A stretch of DNA of 64,000 nucleotides from Azolla caroliniana (lineage: Eukaryota; Plantae; Polypodiophyta): assembly GCA_043228905.1 (NCBI GenBank), contig JBHGNT010000004.1, positions 11,346,001 to 11,410,000 of the forward strand. Direction: 5' to 3'. The position numbers and the translations under genes are program-made. Below the pieces are notes generated by a model. That model was not told the origin of the DNA. It was given only the letters and a program-made list of their open reading frames with translations, and ran no database searches. Below, piece by piece: positions 48,802 to 63,440 of the stretch; position 1 is the stretch's first letter, and every line of letters starts with the position of its first letter.

Positions 48802-51481
48802 ACTGTGTCGTGCCCTTCGGCTCCGGATCGTTGCGTGAGTCGGGTGGGAACCGCCGAGGTTTTTGACTAGGAGGAAGAAGAATACAACTTAAGGCTAGTT
48901 ATGAATAGTGGAAAGACAAGTAAGATAGCAATCTCGTGAATCCCACGAGTTTAGTGTAATTAAAACAATATTTAGATTATAAGAGTAATTTTGATGGCAA
49001 AATTCGTGAATCCCACGAATATATTAGATTGATCAATTCTTCTATATTAATCAACAACCTTATACATATTTCTCTCCTCCTTATATAAAGATGGAAGAGG
49101 CTAAGCATGGCTTCATGCTTTTTCACCTAAAGTGTCCATGCACACTAAATGTGCATGTGATGCTTTGTCATTTCCTAAATATAGGGCTCATGCACGCTAG
49201 ATGTGCATGAGTTACTTTTAATGTCACGTGTAAATAAAATATTCACACTCTAAAGAATACATGATTTTTACCTTTTAATAAAGGTATGTGTAAATAAAGG
49301 TCTTATACGTATTAAATCTATATTTAAAACACTAAAGATAAGTTATTACAATGGTAAAGTTGGGGTTTATCTACGTGGAGGTGCATGGTTCGAATCCTGC
49401 CCTATGCACGTGATAAATTCTTTTGATATATTATTTATCTAGTTATATGTATCTAAAATCGGATATATTATTTTATGGTTTTCACGTAGTGTGTGGAATA
49501 CACTACGACAGCGTATTGCTTCCGCTATGTCTTCCGGTCTTCCCTCTAGGTGTCGTATCCGGACTGCTAGTAGTTCTTCCCAGCTCATCTCTTCCTTCCA
49601 CGGTAGCACTGTCCATGTCGCGATTGCGGTTTCCGTTGGCATTACCAGTGCTTGTCCGGTCATGAGTTCTGCCGGCATGTAACCGGTTACGGAGCTATGC
49701 GTCGTCCGATCCGCCCATAGTGCATACAGAAGCATCTGCGGCCAATCCTTCACCCTTCCATCGCATGCCTTCACAAGTGCTTCGACAATCGGACTATGTC
49801 CTCGTTCGATCTTCGCGTTGGCTTCTGGATTGTATGCCGTTGTCAGTGTTAACCGAACTCCATGTTTAGTGAAGAATTCCTTAGCTTTATCAGAGTCAAG
49901 TTCTCCCCGATCCGCAACCACTTGTCCTACGCACCCGTACCTGTAAAACACTTCTTCCAAAAGGAATTGGCATACCATAGAACACGTTTTCCTCCGTAGT
50001 GCCCGACCTTCTACTTGGTTTGTGAGATCTTCCCGAGCTAACACCAAGTACTTCTTTTGTCTGATCCCGGTTGGCATGGCTACAATATCGACCATCCATT
50101 TGAAGTTGATTGTTGGTGAGAATGTCGGATGTAACTCATCTCAGTGTCGAACTCCGGAGTAGATTTGACACTTCTCGCAGCTTTCCGTGAACTCCGCTAT
50201 ATCTTTGTACATGTTCTTCCACCAATATTTTTGTTTGATTTTCACAAAAGTTTCCCATGTTCCTCAATGTCCAGCCCAATCGGATTCGTGAAATTCGGAC
50301 ATTATCCAGTTTCGTTGCTCTTTCGTCCCGACTACTTGAAGTGGTATGCCATCCGGTCTTTTCGGCTCCCTCCATAGTAATCCACTTTTTAAGAAGAACT
50401 TTCGGACTTGCCGCTTCTTACTTCGAATCTCGGCTCTCTTCTCTTTATTGTCCAATGATTCCTCGATTTCTTGTAGCACTTTCCCGATCAACAAGCTTTC
50501 TCCCTCGTATTCTTCTTCCCGGAATTCTCGGATTACGTTCACCCGGCATATGTGCTCCGAAGCAAAGTAGTCTTCAGAAACTTCTTCATTATCGGATTCG
50601 GTTAGGTTATCTCCGAACTGCGCCCTTGATAACATATCCGCTACCGCGTTGTCTTTTCCGGAGATGTGTCGTACCTCTGGATTAAGCGACTTAACATATG
50701 CAATCAATCTTAGCATAGCCACATCCGGTATCGTGCAACACCGCATCATCCCGAGTATCGGAAGACAATCCGTTTTGATCACTACTTCGGCTCCGATCAA
50801 ATAATCTCGATCCGATTTGATTGCCGACACGACTCCCCATAATTCTCTTTTAACTTGTGCATATCCACGTCGCCTTTCGTTGAGAACCTTTGCTCCGAAT
50901 CGGATCGGATATCGCGAACCTTCCGGATCGGTTTGATTGATGACCCATCCGATTCCAGTTGGACTTGTGTCAACCGTTACTATGATCGGTTGGTCATAGT
51001 TCGGCTTCTTTAGTGCTTTTGCCCTCCGTAGTGATTTCTTGAGCTTCTTTACGGCTTTGGTATGCTCCGGTTTCCATTCAAACTTCTTACCCTTCCGCAA
51101 CAAGTGATAGAGTGGGTCCGCTATATGTGCATACTGCGGAATTCATATGTGGTAGAATGCACATGCTCCAAGAAACCTTCGAACTTCGGATTGTGACTCG
51201 CATACTTCTTTCATAGCTTGAATCGCGTCGATCTTGGTTGGTGACGGTCTTCGGCCATCGGGCCCACATAGATGTCTGACTATCAATATTTCTTCTTGCC
51301 CGAATGCCGATTTCTCACCGGAAAGTGTTAGGTGCACATCTTCTAACTTTCGAAGCACTTTCTCGCAATCGCGAATATGGTCGACTACGAACTTTCGGCA
51401 TCCCCGAACATCCATAGTTTCATCTTTTTCTTCTACCACGCATCCTTTCATTGGAATGTCATCTAGGAACAACATCGTTAT

Positions 51482-54400
51482 TGTTATGGGCATGACCATT
51501 TAATATCCCGTGGTGAGAATTTACCGTAGTATTCTATACACGTGGATAAATGTGAGGGTTAAACGAGAGTGTAAAGAAGGGGAGGATTACTTTTAATCCT
51601 TGGGATTGAGACAACCCATTAGGTCAAGTGTGAATTGCCTGGGGGCCTTGGGTATCGCTATAAATAAGAGGCCTAGCTACCCTCATTTCATCATCTTTTG
51701 ACTACATCGAGACTTTGCTGTTGTGGTGGGTCAACTCTTGTAGAGAGCGCGCCAGCACCAGGTACGACTCGACGCCACGACGGTGGTATGGGACGCCGAT
51801 CGAGGCTCGAGTCCGTCCCGATCCCTTCGCTCGGAGGTGGTCGGGTGGATCGGCACCCTTCTTTCTCTTTCTCCTTTCTATCTATCATTAGTTTATCCTT
51901 ATCTTAAGCTTACTTTAGTACCTAGATCTCTAATATTTGGTATCAGAGCTATGTACTAATGTTTCTTTGTTTGTCTTTTGTGTTTTGATTGATGGTGATC
52001 GATCGATGTGCAGTCGGCCTTGATCTAGACAACGATCAACAAAGAACTTCGGTAACTCTTTCTGTAATTTTTTTTCTATTCTCTCTTCTCCCATCTAATC
52101 ATGTGTTTAGTTTATATGTCAATTTTTTTCATTAAGTCAATGATGTTGTAGTGGTCTTTAATTGATTATCGAAAACGTTTACATATGTGCACGAGGTCAA
52201 TACCTCGTTTGACATATAAATAATATGTGACGAGTGTCGTATGCTAATACCTCAATTACATATTACATTCACAAACATATGTTACATTTGTGTATGAGTT
52301 TAATACCTTGATTTGTTGTAAAGGATATGCGTTTGGTCTCGTATGCGTAAGAGGTCAATACCTCAATTGCGTATTACGATGATCTCTTATTTGTGGATGT
52401 TTCGTGTGCGTAGAGGTATATACCTCGATTACGTATCTCGATCACATCATTTGTGGCTATTTAATATAATGATAAGTTTAATATAGGCATATGTGGTCAC
52501 GTATATACGTATTTGATCGTATATATGTGATAAGTAAACATATGTGTATATTCGTTATTACGTGATTATATCGAAAGTTGTCCTTGTTGGGAAAAGGATG
52601 TTGGTGGCCGTCCTCACATTTTTGTGAGAATGGCGTTGTCACCATCCCTTTTTCAACAATTTTTAATTGTTGACAACCCTGTTGATGACCTCGATTTTGT
52701 TACGTAAAGAAACGCCTATAGCCATAATGATGTTGAGTACGTAGGGCTTGACCCACTTCAAGTGAGGTCGCTCCAATGACACACGTATCCAACATCCCTC
52801 CCTCGTTACATGGATACGATGCCACCATGAGCTCGTTCGTACGAGAGGCATTCGTAATGACGTGACCATGTGATGGGCCACGTGGGCCTACTACGAAACG
52901 AGGGCTCGTTTGGCTTGACCATTAGGTTGCACTTTGGCGTATGCCATCGTAATTACGAGACTTGAGGTTAGGTAACGTACCAACATAGTTTTGGTAAATG
53001 AGGGCGAAATAAGGACCCTTGACATATATGTTCTTTTAAAAAAAACATATATGATCAAATGCCTCGCATATCTCTTATACGCATCAAACATTAAGCATTC
53101 GAGAAGAGCAACTTACTTGGTTGGCTCAAGTGTTTAATGTATTTGTTCTCGAGGTCTCGAGTTCAAATATGACCAAGACCATACAACATCCTTGATACAT
53201 ATGACTATAACACATGTTTAGACTTAAGGTCTAAGTGCACCTCGGGGTCCTCGTAATAGGACTTAAAGAGCTGAAACCACATATGTGGGCAAAGAAACAT
53301 AGTTTATTGTTAACATTTTTTTCGTGTATAAACTACTCATGACGCGAACATACATGGTTGAGCCTCGAGGAGCCACCATGAAAAAATCAATATAGAGATC
53401 AGGGAAAGACATTAAATTGTCACCCCCATGGTTTTTAAAACACCTTTGTGTTACCATAGTAACCTGATCATGAACCTCATCTCATATGTCTAGAGGGGTA
53501 TTGACGTGAGATCATGATATCGATTAATGTTTGCCCATGATATGTTTACATCACGACATGATGTTATGACTATCTCTCTGACCTTATCCTATTTCTTTTC
53601 CAGAAATAATCTTTAATGGCTCAAATTAACGACCCGATGTCATCCGCTCAAGCGGAAGGAACTCAAGGGAATCCTCATGGACAAATGTCCACTGAGATGT
53701 ATGTGGCACAAATAACCCAATACCTTAGTTTCACCGCTCAACAGATGACCGAACTTCGGCAATCTTAGAGTGCTCTTGAGGCACGTGTCATTAGTCTACA
53801 ACGTGAGACTAATAGACCTGATGAGCGACAAGGTGAACCATCCTTTGTCATTAAGCCATTTACGGGAGACAAAAAGGAAAGAACCGAAGAAGCAATTTGC
53901 ACATGGCTGGGACGATGGGAGTCTCATTTTGAGCTCTATCCCACGCCAGATAGTACGAAGATTGCATATGTCGGCCGAGAACTCGGGGGTAAGGCCGCCG
54001 CCTGGTGGCGTGGGGTCCGTACTATGGGGAAATTGCCCGATACTTGGATAGATTTTGTCATGGTTTTTAAGGGCCAATTTTTGCAACCTCCCTCTCGAAC
54101 CGAGGCAGCACAAGCTTTAATGAACCTCTCTAGCAAGAAGTTTTCCTCGCTAGAAGATTATGTTCACCATGCTAGAACCCAAATCCAAAAATCGGGTCTA
54201 GAAGGGGACAATTGGTTGATAGCTTGTTTTGTCAATGGCATCCCCAATTCGGACTATCACTGGATAGTGCACGATAAGGATCCAAAATTCTTCGAAGAGG
54301 CCGTTGAAATAGTTCTTCACTATCAACGCACTTCGAAGAAGGACCACAACAAACCCAATGAAGCGCCCGGGACTAAGCAGTCGCAATTCGTTGGGAAACG

Positions 54401-57400
54401 CAAGACACCCAACGAATTCATGGATCGCGATTGTAAGCGACAACATCCTTTTTGTGTATTCTGCAAAAAGAAGGGTCATACAAAAGATCAATGTCGAAAG
54501 CTCCAACGGAAAGAGCACGACATCAAAGCTAAAGCTGCAGACCATAAAGGTCAGATTCCTAATGTCCTTCAGGTCTATACACATCATTTAAATAATTGTC
54601 AATGTTCTTTCCCTCACTATGTATTGGGTCCCAATGATTTACTACGTGCAAACGGGTATATCAATGGATCTCTCGTACAATTTTTATTTGATTCGGGAAG
54701 CTCACACAATTTTGTGAATGATCGTTTGGTTTAGATATGGGGGATCCAACCCACCGTAAGTGATCACACCTACACGGTGCACTTGGCTGATGGAAGAGTA
54801 CAGTACATCAACGGGGCGATTCATTCATTAGGAATTTCTATTGATACTTATATAGAGGAAGTAGACTTCCATGTAATGAATCTTTGTACCACCGATGTAA
54901 TACTGGGTTATCCTTGGTTTTATAATAAAAACTCTTCTTTATCTATTGATTGGGTTCATCATTCAATTACATTTGTACTGAACGATTGTACTCATTTATT
55001 CAATGAGTAAAAAAACAATCCCTCTCGATTGTTTCCTCGTGTCCATCAATATCCGAGTTGTCGTGTTCTACTCTATTTTATTGTGTACTTGATCCAGGCA
55101 TTCACGTTTCTATTATCGATAATGTCTCGGTTCAATTAACATATTTTGAACAACAACAACTTGATTAAATCTTAAATGATTTTCGTGATGTTTTTCCGAG
55201 TGAACTACCAGATGGCTTACCTCCTAAATGTAATATAGACCATCGTATAGATATTGTACCTGGTGTTGCACCAATAAGTATACCTCCTTATCGCTTAAGT
55301 TGATCCGAAGAGGATGAGGTATCTAAGCAACTCAAGGACTATTTACGAATGGGTTATATACGTTATAGTAAATCTCCATGGGGTGCACCAGTTCTCTTGG
55401 TTAAAAAGAAAGAGGGCACATGGCCTACGTGTATTAATTACCGACGCTTGAATAAAGTGACGATCAAGAATTCGTACCCATTGCCCTGGGCTGACGATCT
55501 AATTGACCATCTCCAGGGAGCTCGGTATTTTACGAAACTTGATCTCCGTACTAGCTACCATCAAATACGAATAAGTGAGGACGATGTTCCTAAAACGACA
55601 TTTCGTACGCACTATGGCCATTATGAGTTTTTGGTTATGCCTTTTGGTTTGACCAATGCTCCGGCTACATTTCAACAAGAAATGAATGACATTTTCCGAG
55701 AACAACTTGGAAAATTTGTCGTTATTTTCTTGGATGATATTTTAGTTTATAGCCGTACATTAAAAGAACATGCTAGACATGTTTGCTTTGTTTTACAAAC
55801 ATTGCGTGACAAACAGTTTTATGCGAAGATCTCAAAATGTGAGTTCTTCAAGAAATCAATTACTTATCTAGGACATCTCATAACCGAACGAGGAGTTGAA
55901 ATTGATCCTTCTCGCATTGAGAAAATCAAGCTTTGGCCCACTCTTCGGAATATTCGAGAAGTTTGATCATTCCTTGGTTTTGTCGGGTTTTTGCGAAAGT
56001 CTCTTCGTAATTACTCCCAATTGACGATGCCGTTTACTGATCTTTTAAAAGGTCAAACATGTAAGTCTACAAAACCTATTGTGTGGAATGCTACACTAGA
56101 CCTCGCCTTTAAGGGACTCAAGGACCTGGTTTGCAAGGCTCCTTCACTTCTTTTACCTGATCCTTCAAAACCTTTTGAGGTTGAAACTGATGCAAGCGAT
56201 TATGCTATAAGTGCTGCCTTGTATCAAGATGGTAAACCAATAGCATTCGAGAGTAAGAAACTTGATTTTGCTCAATGTCGGTATACCGTTCAAGAAAAGG
56301 AATTATTTGCAGTTATACATGAGCTCAAAACATGGCGCCATTATCTTTATGGAAATCGCTTTGTGGTAACTATGGACCACGAGTCCTTGAAATATTTTTG
56401 TGACCAACAAGACCTGAAAGGTCGTAAGGCACGATGGGCTGATCTCATCCAGGACTTTGATTTTTCCATACGATATCGTAAAGGTTCCATGAACACTGTC
56501 GCTGATGCACTAAGTCGCATCCGTGAAGTTAACATGCTTAGCTTCACTGAAATAACATCAGATCTTTATGATCACCTTCGAGGAAAGTATCCTGATGACA
56601 GTTATTTTGCAAAATACTGGGCAAGAGTTGACTCTGGAACAGACACCACCACATCCTCGAAGGAATACTTCCACATTCCTAACGGTTTGCTCTACTGTAA
56701 TGGGAAGGTTTGTGTTCCAGATTTACCCGAAGTCAAAAAGAGGATTCTTTTTGAATGCCATGATGCACTCTCAACAGGACACCCTGGAATACATCGTACA
56801 CTCGTTCTCATTTCCACTCAATTTTATTGGCCTAAGATGCGTCCTGACATACATAGCTATTTGACTAAATGTCACTAGTGTCAGGTTAACAAAGCCGAGC
56901 GACTTAAAGCCGCAGGACTTTTACATCCCTTGGACATTCCCAATAATAAGTGGGAAAGTATATCCGTGGATTTTATTGTTAGCCTTCCTTGCACCCAAAA
57001 AGGTCATGATGCCATCTGGGTTGTCGTTGATCGACTAACTAAAATGGCCAGATTTATTGCTACTAAAACCACGGTAACAGCTCCTGAATTGGCTTACCAA
57101 TTCGTTGATGAATTATTTCGTTTTTGATGAATTATTTCGTTTTTATGGGTTACCGATGGATATCGTGAGTGATCGAGATCCAAAGTTTACTAGTGACTTC
57201 TGGACGCAAGTCTTTAAGAAGTTAGAAACTACGTTGAGCATGAGCTCCACGGATCATCCTCAATCTGATGGACAGACAGAACGAGTAAATCAAATTATTG
57301 AGCACATGCTTCGAGCATACGTTGGTGCAAAACCAACAAAATGGGAACGTTATCTCCCAATTTTGGAGTTTGCTTATAACATCTCTAAGCATACGTCAAC

Positions 57401-58508
57401 GGGATATAGTCCTTTTATGTTGATGTATGGTTTTGAGCCACGAGCCTTGATTGATGTTAATATACATCATGATGAGTTGCGAAGTACGCAAAACTTTCTT
57501 CGGGATATGCAAGATATGTTGCATATTGCACAAGATAATATAAAAACAACTCAAGATAGAGCGCGTTTTTATGCCGACCATTATAGGCAACCTCGTGTAT
57601 TCAACCCTGGAGAGAAGGTATTTTTACGTGTACCTCACAATTCTAAGACATTGTCTACGGGTAAGTGCGCTAAGTTAGCCTCACGGTTTTGTGGAACTTT
57701 TACAGTCCTCAAACGCATTGGGTCATCAGCCTATCGTCTCGCTCTTCCCGATGGTGTTGGAATTCATCCAGTCTTCCATGTGAGTCGTCTAAAAGAACTT
57801 CTAGGTTCTGGCGACACCACAGTTACAACTGAAACTCTGGTTACTTCTAAAGATTTATCTTCAAAACCACATGTACCAGAAAGAATTCTCGATGTTAAAA
57901 CAGAAAAGTTACATACTAAAGAAATCCGAGAATTTAAAATTAAATGGATGGACAAATCTATCAAAGATGCCACATGGGAACGCGAGAATACTCCAAGAAC
58001 AAACTTCCCTAACTTTCCATTGCAAGAGTGCAATGTTTTAAAGAAGGGGAGTATGTTACGGGCATGACCATTTAATATCCCATGGTGAGAATTTACCGTA
58101 GTATTCTATACACGTGGATAAATGTGAGGGTTAAACGAGAGTGTAAAGAAGGGGAGGATTACTTTTACTCCTCGGGATTGAGACAACCCATTAGGTCAAG
58201 TGTGAACTTGCCTGGGGACCTTGGGTATCGCTATAAATAAGAGGCCTAGCTACCATCATTTCATCATCTTTTGACTACATCGAGACTCTGCTCTTGTGGT
58301 GGGTCAACTCTTGTAGCGAGCGCGCCAGCACCAGGTACGACTTGACGCCACGGCGGTGGTATGGGATGCCGATCGAGGCTCGAGTCCGTCTTGATCCCTT
58401 TGCTCGGGGGTGGTCAGGTGGATCGACACCCTTCTTTCTCTTTCTCCTTTCTATCTATCATTAGTTTATCCTTATCTTAAGCTTACTTTAGTACCTAGAT
58501 CTCTAATA
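51482..58508 (+). mobile_element. Chromovirus (Gypsy) copy C, full length but degenerate
   Basis: LTRs 51482-51935 and 58054-58508 (about 96% identical by eye), 5-bp TSD GTTAT, iMet PBS 51938-51949, PPT AAAGAAGGGGAG. Confidence 0.96.
53616..58067 (+). pseudogene. gag-pol with a C-terminal chromodomain
   Basis: CVFCKKKGHTKDQC, LFDSGSS, FLDD, ETDASD, integrase SDRD, IHPVFHVSRL, chromodomain PERILD...IKW..DATWE. Many stops, and a 20-bp duplication near 57107 shifts the frame. Confidence 0.93.
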
Positions 58509-61500
58509 GTTATCGCCGGAATGCAGTCTCGAAGCACCTTGTTCATCGCATTCATCATATGTGCGACCGAGTTCGTCGCGCCTTGTGGTAGCGTACACAT
58601 CTGGACTAATCCTATCGGTGTCCGCATGGTAGTGATGTCTCGGCCCTTCACAGCTAGTTGGAATTGGTCATATCTAGAGTATAGGTCTTTGATGGAGTAT
58701 ATCACGCGACCGGCAAATGCTTCTGCAAATTCGTCTACTATCGGACCGACTCCGGAGTTCCGGATCATGACCTTGTTCACCGGTTGCAAATCTTGAATAA
58801 ATTGGAGTGACCCATTCTTCTTCGGAACCGTAAACCATCGATTTGAGTACGGAGCATTTGATGGCTCTAGAATCCCCATCACCACCTTCTCCTTGAGCAA
58901 GTCGATGATTTTCGGAATATGCGCCCGTGGCACCGGAATCGGCTTCAGGTTCCACGACACATGGTCAATCGTGAAGATCACCATCGGCTCCACTATCTTT
59001 GGGTCAACGCATCCTATTTCTTTCGATGTAAATGCAAATGCTCTCCCATGTCCCTCTAGCATCCCACATAATCGTTCTTCTTCATTCTTTAATAGGAACC
59101 CACCTCCACCGATCCGAAGTTTCTTCCAGGTCTCATCCATGAAGGCATGTCCGATATCCATGGACTTCCGAAGTGTCGGATCCCCCGAGACTTGTTTCCT
59201 CTTTTGTTCGCTATCTGCGGGTAACGGTGCCGCGGCCGGTTTCACTTTCTTCTCCACGGTCTTGTATTTCGTACTTACCATTGCTTCTTCTTTGCGGAGT
59301 GCATCCGGCCCCATTTTCATAATGATCTCGTACATCTCAACCGACTCCACCGGAATTACCCGGTTTCCCTAGCTTGTATCTTCCGCGAGCTCTTCAAGCC
59401 GTTGTAGTGTGCTCCCATAGAACACCTCTTCATCTATTCCCACAATTTCTTCGTCTTCTTTTATTATTGATGCCGACCGTAACTTATCCTCCACTTTTCG
59501 GTATTCTTTCTTCATTCCTCCGGTTACGGCTGTGTACGTGGATGCCCCATCCGGACCGATTCGTACTTGTTTTGCACCGAGAGGTTTCTTCCTGTGTGCG
59601 GTATCAGGGCTTCTCGGACTATCACTTCCCCACTCCGCAACAGTCCGCTCTAAAAATCCATTCTTGTTTGGGACAAGAGCTCTCTCTTGTTCCTTTCATG
59701 ATTTGCTGGCACCGTTAGGAATTGGACGGATTTCCCTCCGTTTTGGCTCCGAATTTGTGCAAAAGCCGCACCGCTATCAAGCACCTTCGTCTCCATCTGT
59801 GATGCCGTGATAAAGGGTTTCCCGAGGATCATGGAGTGTGAGACCTCGTCTTGTACAAAGAAATTTTGGTCGATCTCGACATCCCCGATCTTCACCATCA
59901 CATCCGGACAAGTCGCAAATAGATCTTCGGTTGCTTTAGTGGAGGCCCGGATCTTCCATCCATGATTGGTGGTAATAGGCCACTTCCCCTTCCGGTAGAA
60001 CGCTTTGGACATCAAATTGATCTCTGATCCGTGATCAATCAATGCTAGCACGGGCTCTTTGATGTTGCCAATTCGGACTAGAGTCTTCGTAGTTGCACGC
60101 GCCCAATGTGGCTTTGTATAGTGGGAATTCAGAATCTCGTTCTCCACTTCGGTGTCATTCATAAGAATGGTATTTGTTCACCATCGGCGCATTTTCCTCC
60201 ATAGTTTGTCTTTTTCTTTTTATGAGATTCACAAGAAGATCATGGAACTCTTTTTTTGCTATTTCGAGTAGTTCCCGAAGCGAAAAATCTACCCGGCTGT
60301 CAAGGATTCTCTCCTCGAACACCTTTTTCAAGTCTGTTTGTTGTTCGATGTCCGAGGCGAGCTTGAATGCCGGAATCGTTTTTCCTTTCCCTCTTCCATC
60401 AGAGTTCCAGCTCTCTGGTGGCTTCGATGGTCCAGCCGCATCCTCCATGCATTGCCGCTTCTCGTCCACATATACCTCATGTAATTGACATAGGGCATAT
60501 ACGCTATTCTTATCGATGGGGCACTCCCATCCCGTAGCTTCCCGGATGCCTTCGGCAGTGCTTCGGATCTCGTTAGAGCCGGTTTTCTTGGTGTTTTCTA
60601 GCACTTCCGGCCAAAAAGACACCTTTGCTCTCGATGACTCCCCGACACGTATTCCCGTAGTTGTCGCGTAATTGCTCTTCGCCGCTATTTCCTCCTCTAG
60701 GACCTTCTTCATGCCGCCTTTTCAGAAGTTTGGTCGGAGCGGCTTCCGAGAGTCCATCGAATGAATCTGATTTCCCTCGTAGTAGATAAGATCCTGTCGT
60801 AGCGCTTCCTTGTGCTCGTCACAATCCTTTCGATCATGTTCGGTGCTATCGCACCATATGCATCGACGGTCCATATACTTGGAACTTGTGGGACGGTCAT
60901 CCGACTTCTTCACCATCGAGATTTTTAGATTCTCCATCTCCTTAAGCAACCGCTCCACTATATTTGCGTCGATTCCCTTCTCAGTCGTAGCTTCCCGAGG
61001 CCACGGTTGATGGTCTTCCGATCCGGATCTCGGTTTCGGAATTGGTTCCGAAACCCTGTTTTCTTCGTTGGCAAGCCATTGCCCCCTCTTTGTGTATCGT
61101 GCGATGATATCCCGCACGCTTTCCCATGTTTCGGTGAGGCCACTCTCGATAGTCGTGTCCTCTAGAAGCAGTCCAAGATCCTTCCGGTCCCGGACGTCTA
61201 CGGCTCGTAAGAACATGATAACTTTGTCCGGTGCGAGGATAGCTTGATCTCTCGCAGACAACCTCCCGAAACAACTTTTGAATGCCGAAAACACATCGAG
61301 GACCTTCATCCCCTTGTCCGACGTTTCTACCCAATCCTCGAATCCTCTCCGCGTTGCCTTGGAGGAGTCCTCGATAGCGAACCTGGTCTTTAGCGCCTCT
61401 TCAAATGCTTCTAAGGACTAGGAGGAAAGAAAATTCTAAGGCAATTAAGAATATGAAATATATTGTAAGAAAGAAAGATATGAAAAACTCGTGAATCCCA

Positions 61501-62451
61501 CGATTATATTATATTAATCAACCCTTGTAAAATAATCAACAACCTCTATACATCTTTCTCTCTTCCTTATATAGTGTTGGAAGAGTCTAAGTTTATCACA
61601 TGCAAGCATCATGCTTTTCCTATCTTTAGTTTTCATGCACACTGCATGTGCATGATTAGCTTTCTATCTCATCTTTTCTTTTAACTCGAGTGTCTATGCA
61701 TGAATAACTTTTTGTACCATGCATGTCTAGAATATTTACATGGGATAAAGTTTAGTTTAACTTTAAAATTCATAATACGCTAGTATAATGATAAGGCTTA
61801 ACATTATTAACATGGAGGTGCAAGGTTCGAATCTTGCCCTATGCATGTAATATATAATTTTATACTTTCTTTTATTTACAAATATGTCTCTTCATATGGT
61901 GAGAGACTATCACCGGCCTCCTTCATCCGGCTCTTGCCGGTTCTGCTTCATCCGGTTCTCGCATTTCATTATCCGGTTCTCGCCGGTTTTCTTTATCCAG
62001 TTTAATGTCTTACCATTGCACTAGCATTTCATTAGTGTTAAAAAAGTAGTCATCCCACATAGAAGGGTAAGTGCACGCTAGGATAAACTTTAGTTAGAAG
62101 AAAACGCATGATAAAAGCTACGCATGCACATGTAGCATGCATAAACACCATAATCGATAAAAACGCATCAAAATTAGAAAAAGTAGGATCACTTTAGAAA
62201 AAGCATAGAGTCTATCTATAGAAAAAGCATGGATTGTTAAGACTTTCTCATCACTATATAAGGATGGGGAGCACAACGTAAGGGGGTGTGAAATATTTGG
62301 AAATTGGATATATTTCCTAAAACCCCAATTAATAAAATATAATCGTGGGATTCACGAAGTTTTATATAATCTATCTCTTCCAATCTCTGATAAATTGTTA
62401 TTAGGATTCTAAATATTAATAAATCTGATAATCTATACTTGTGGGATTCAC

Positions 62452-63440
62452 GGCCTTCCGGTTTACGCACTGATACGACCATGTTATGTGTACCGATTTA
62501 CGCACCCAGTCTATGCACTGGGTTATGCATCGTATTATGCACGAATGTTGAGCTTGTGTCTCAACATTCCCCCTCAAGTTCAACTTGAGGTTCCACCTGC
62601 TCCGCTGGATCTACGCTCCGGTTCCTTCTGACTTCACGCCTCGCTCGCGCTCCTCGACCCGTTCGATTCTGTGCACCTCGACCCTTCCAGTCGGCTTGTC
62701 TGCTTACACGGCCCTTCTCAATTTCCTTGATGTTGCGGTGTTGGCGCCTCTTCTGTTGCCTTCTCTTCTGCTTGGCCCTTGGTTGATTCAGCGTATCGGA
62801 ATCAAACATCCCAACCGACTCGGCTTCCTCCGATCGGTTTTCTCTCTCGTCCGAGTTGGCTATCTCTAACTCGTCTTCGGTCTTCTTGCCCTTGATGGCT
62901 TCGTCTCCCCCACGCTCTGTTGGCTTCGGCTCTTTCTTCTGTCTACTCCCCTTATGTCCGCGTTCGGACTCTTCCGCGGATCCGCCCTCGGCTTCTTCAG
63001 CCGATCCGAAATCGAGTTCGTCATCCGACTCGGTGTCACGGTCTTTTCCGCTCCTTTCTTGCTCCTTTCCGTGGTCATCATGGACATCTCTCCCCCTGAA
63101 GTTCGGCACGTCGAGGTGATGCAACCCAAGCGCACCCGAGAATTGCCGCAACTTGTCCAAACCAAGAGGCTTGGTGAAGATGTCGGCGTTTTGCCGATCC
63201 GTCGAACCATACTGAAGTTCGACTTCACGAGAGAGGACACGCTCTCGGATGAAATGGTAGTGCACCTCAATGTGCTTAGTGCAGGCGTGGAAGACAAGGT
63301 TCTTAGCTAGCTGGATGTTGCTGAGGTTGTCGCAGTAGATTGTCGTTGGATCGGTATCTCCACCTGTAGATCCTTAAGTAGCCGCTTCAACCATATGGCT
63401 TCGCATGTTGCAACAACCGCTCCTCTATACTCGGATTTGG
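62452..63440 (-). mobile_element. Copia 3' end: RNase H, charged extension, PPT (62567-62577), LTR start at 62566
   Basis: IYCDN..HACTKHIEVHYHFIRE..ADIFTKPL, then GAGGGGGAA followed by TGTTGAGA. Confidence 0.88.

Larger units (their letters stand above)
42432..49510 (-). mobile_element. Gypsy copy B, full length and young, inserted into related copy A
   Basis: 705-bp LTRs 42432-43136 and 48806-49510 (about 4 mismatches seen), 4-bp TSD GCGT, PPT GGAGGGGGCGAG, PBS present. Confidence 0.96.
41144..62003 (-). mobile_element. Gypsy copy A (degenerate host of B and C): 3' LTR 41144-41945; pol pieces 41946-42431, 49511-51481 and 58509-61410; partial 5' LTR about 61414-62003
   Basis: Coding sequence is continuous across both insertions. 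The LTR pieces are near-identical. Gag start and PBS are deleted. Confidence 0.88.
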
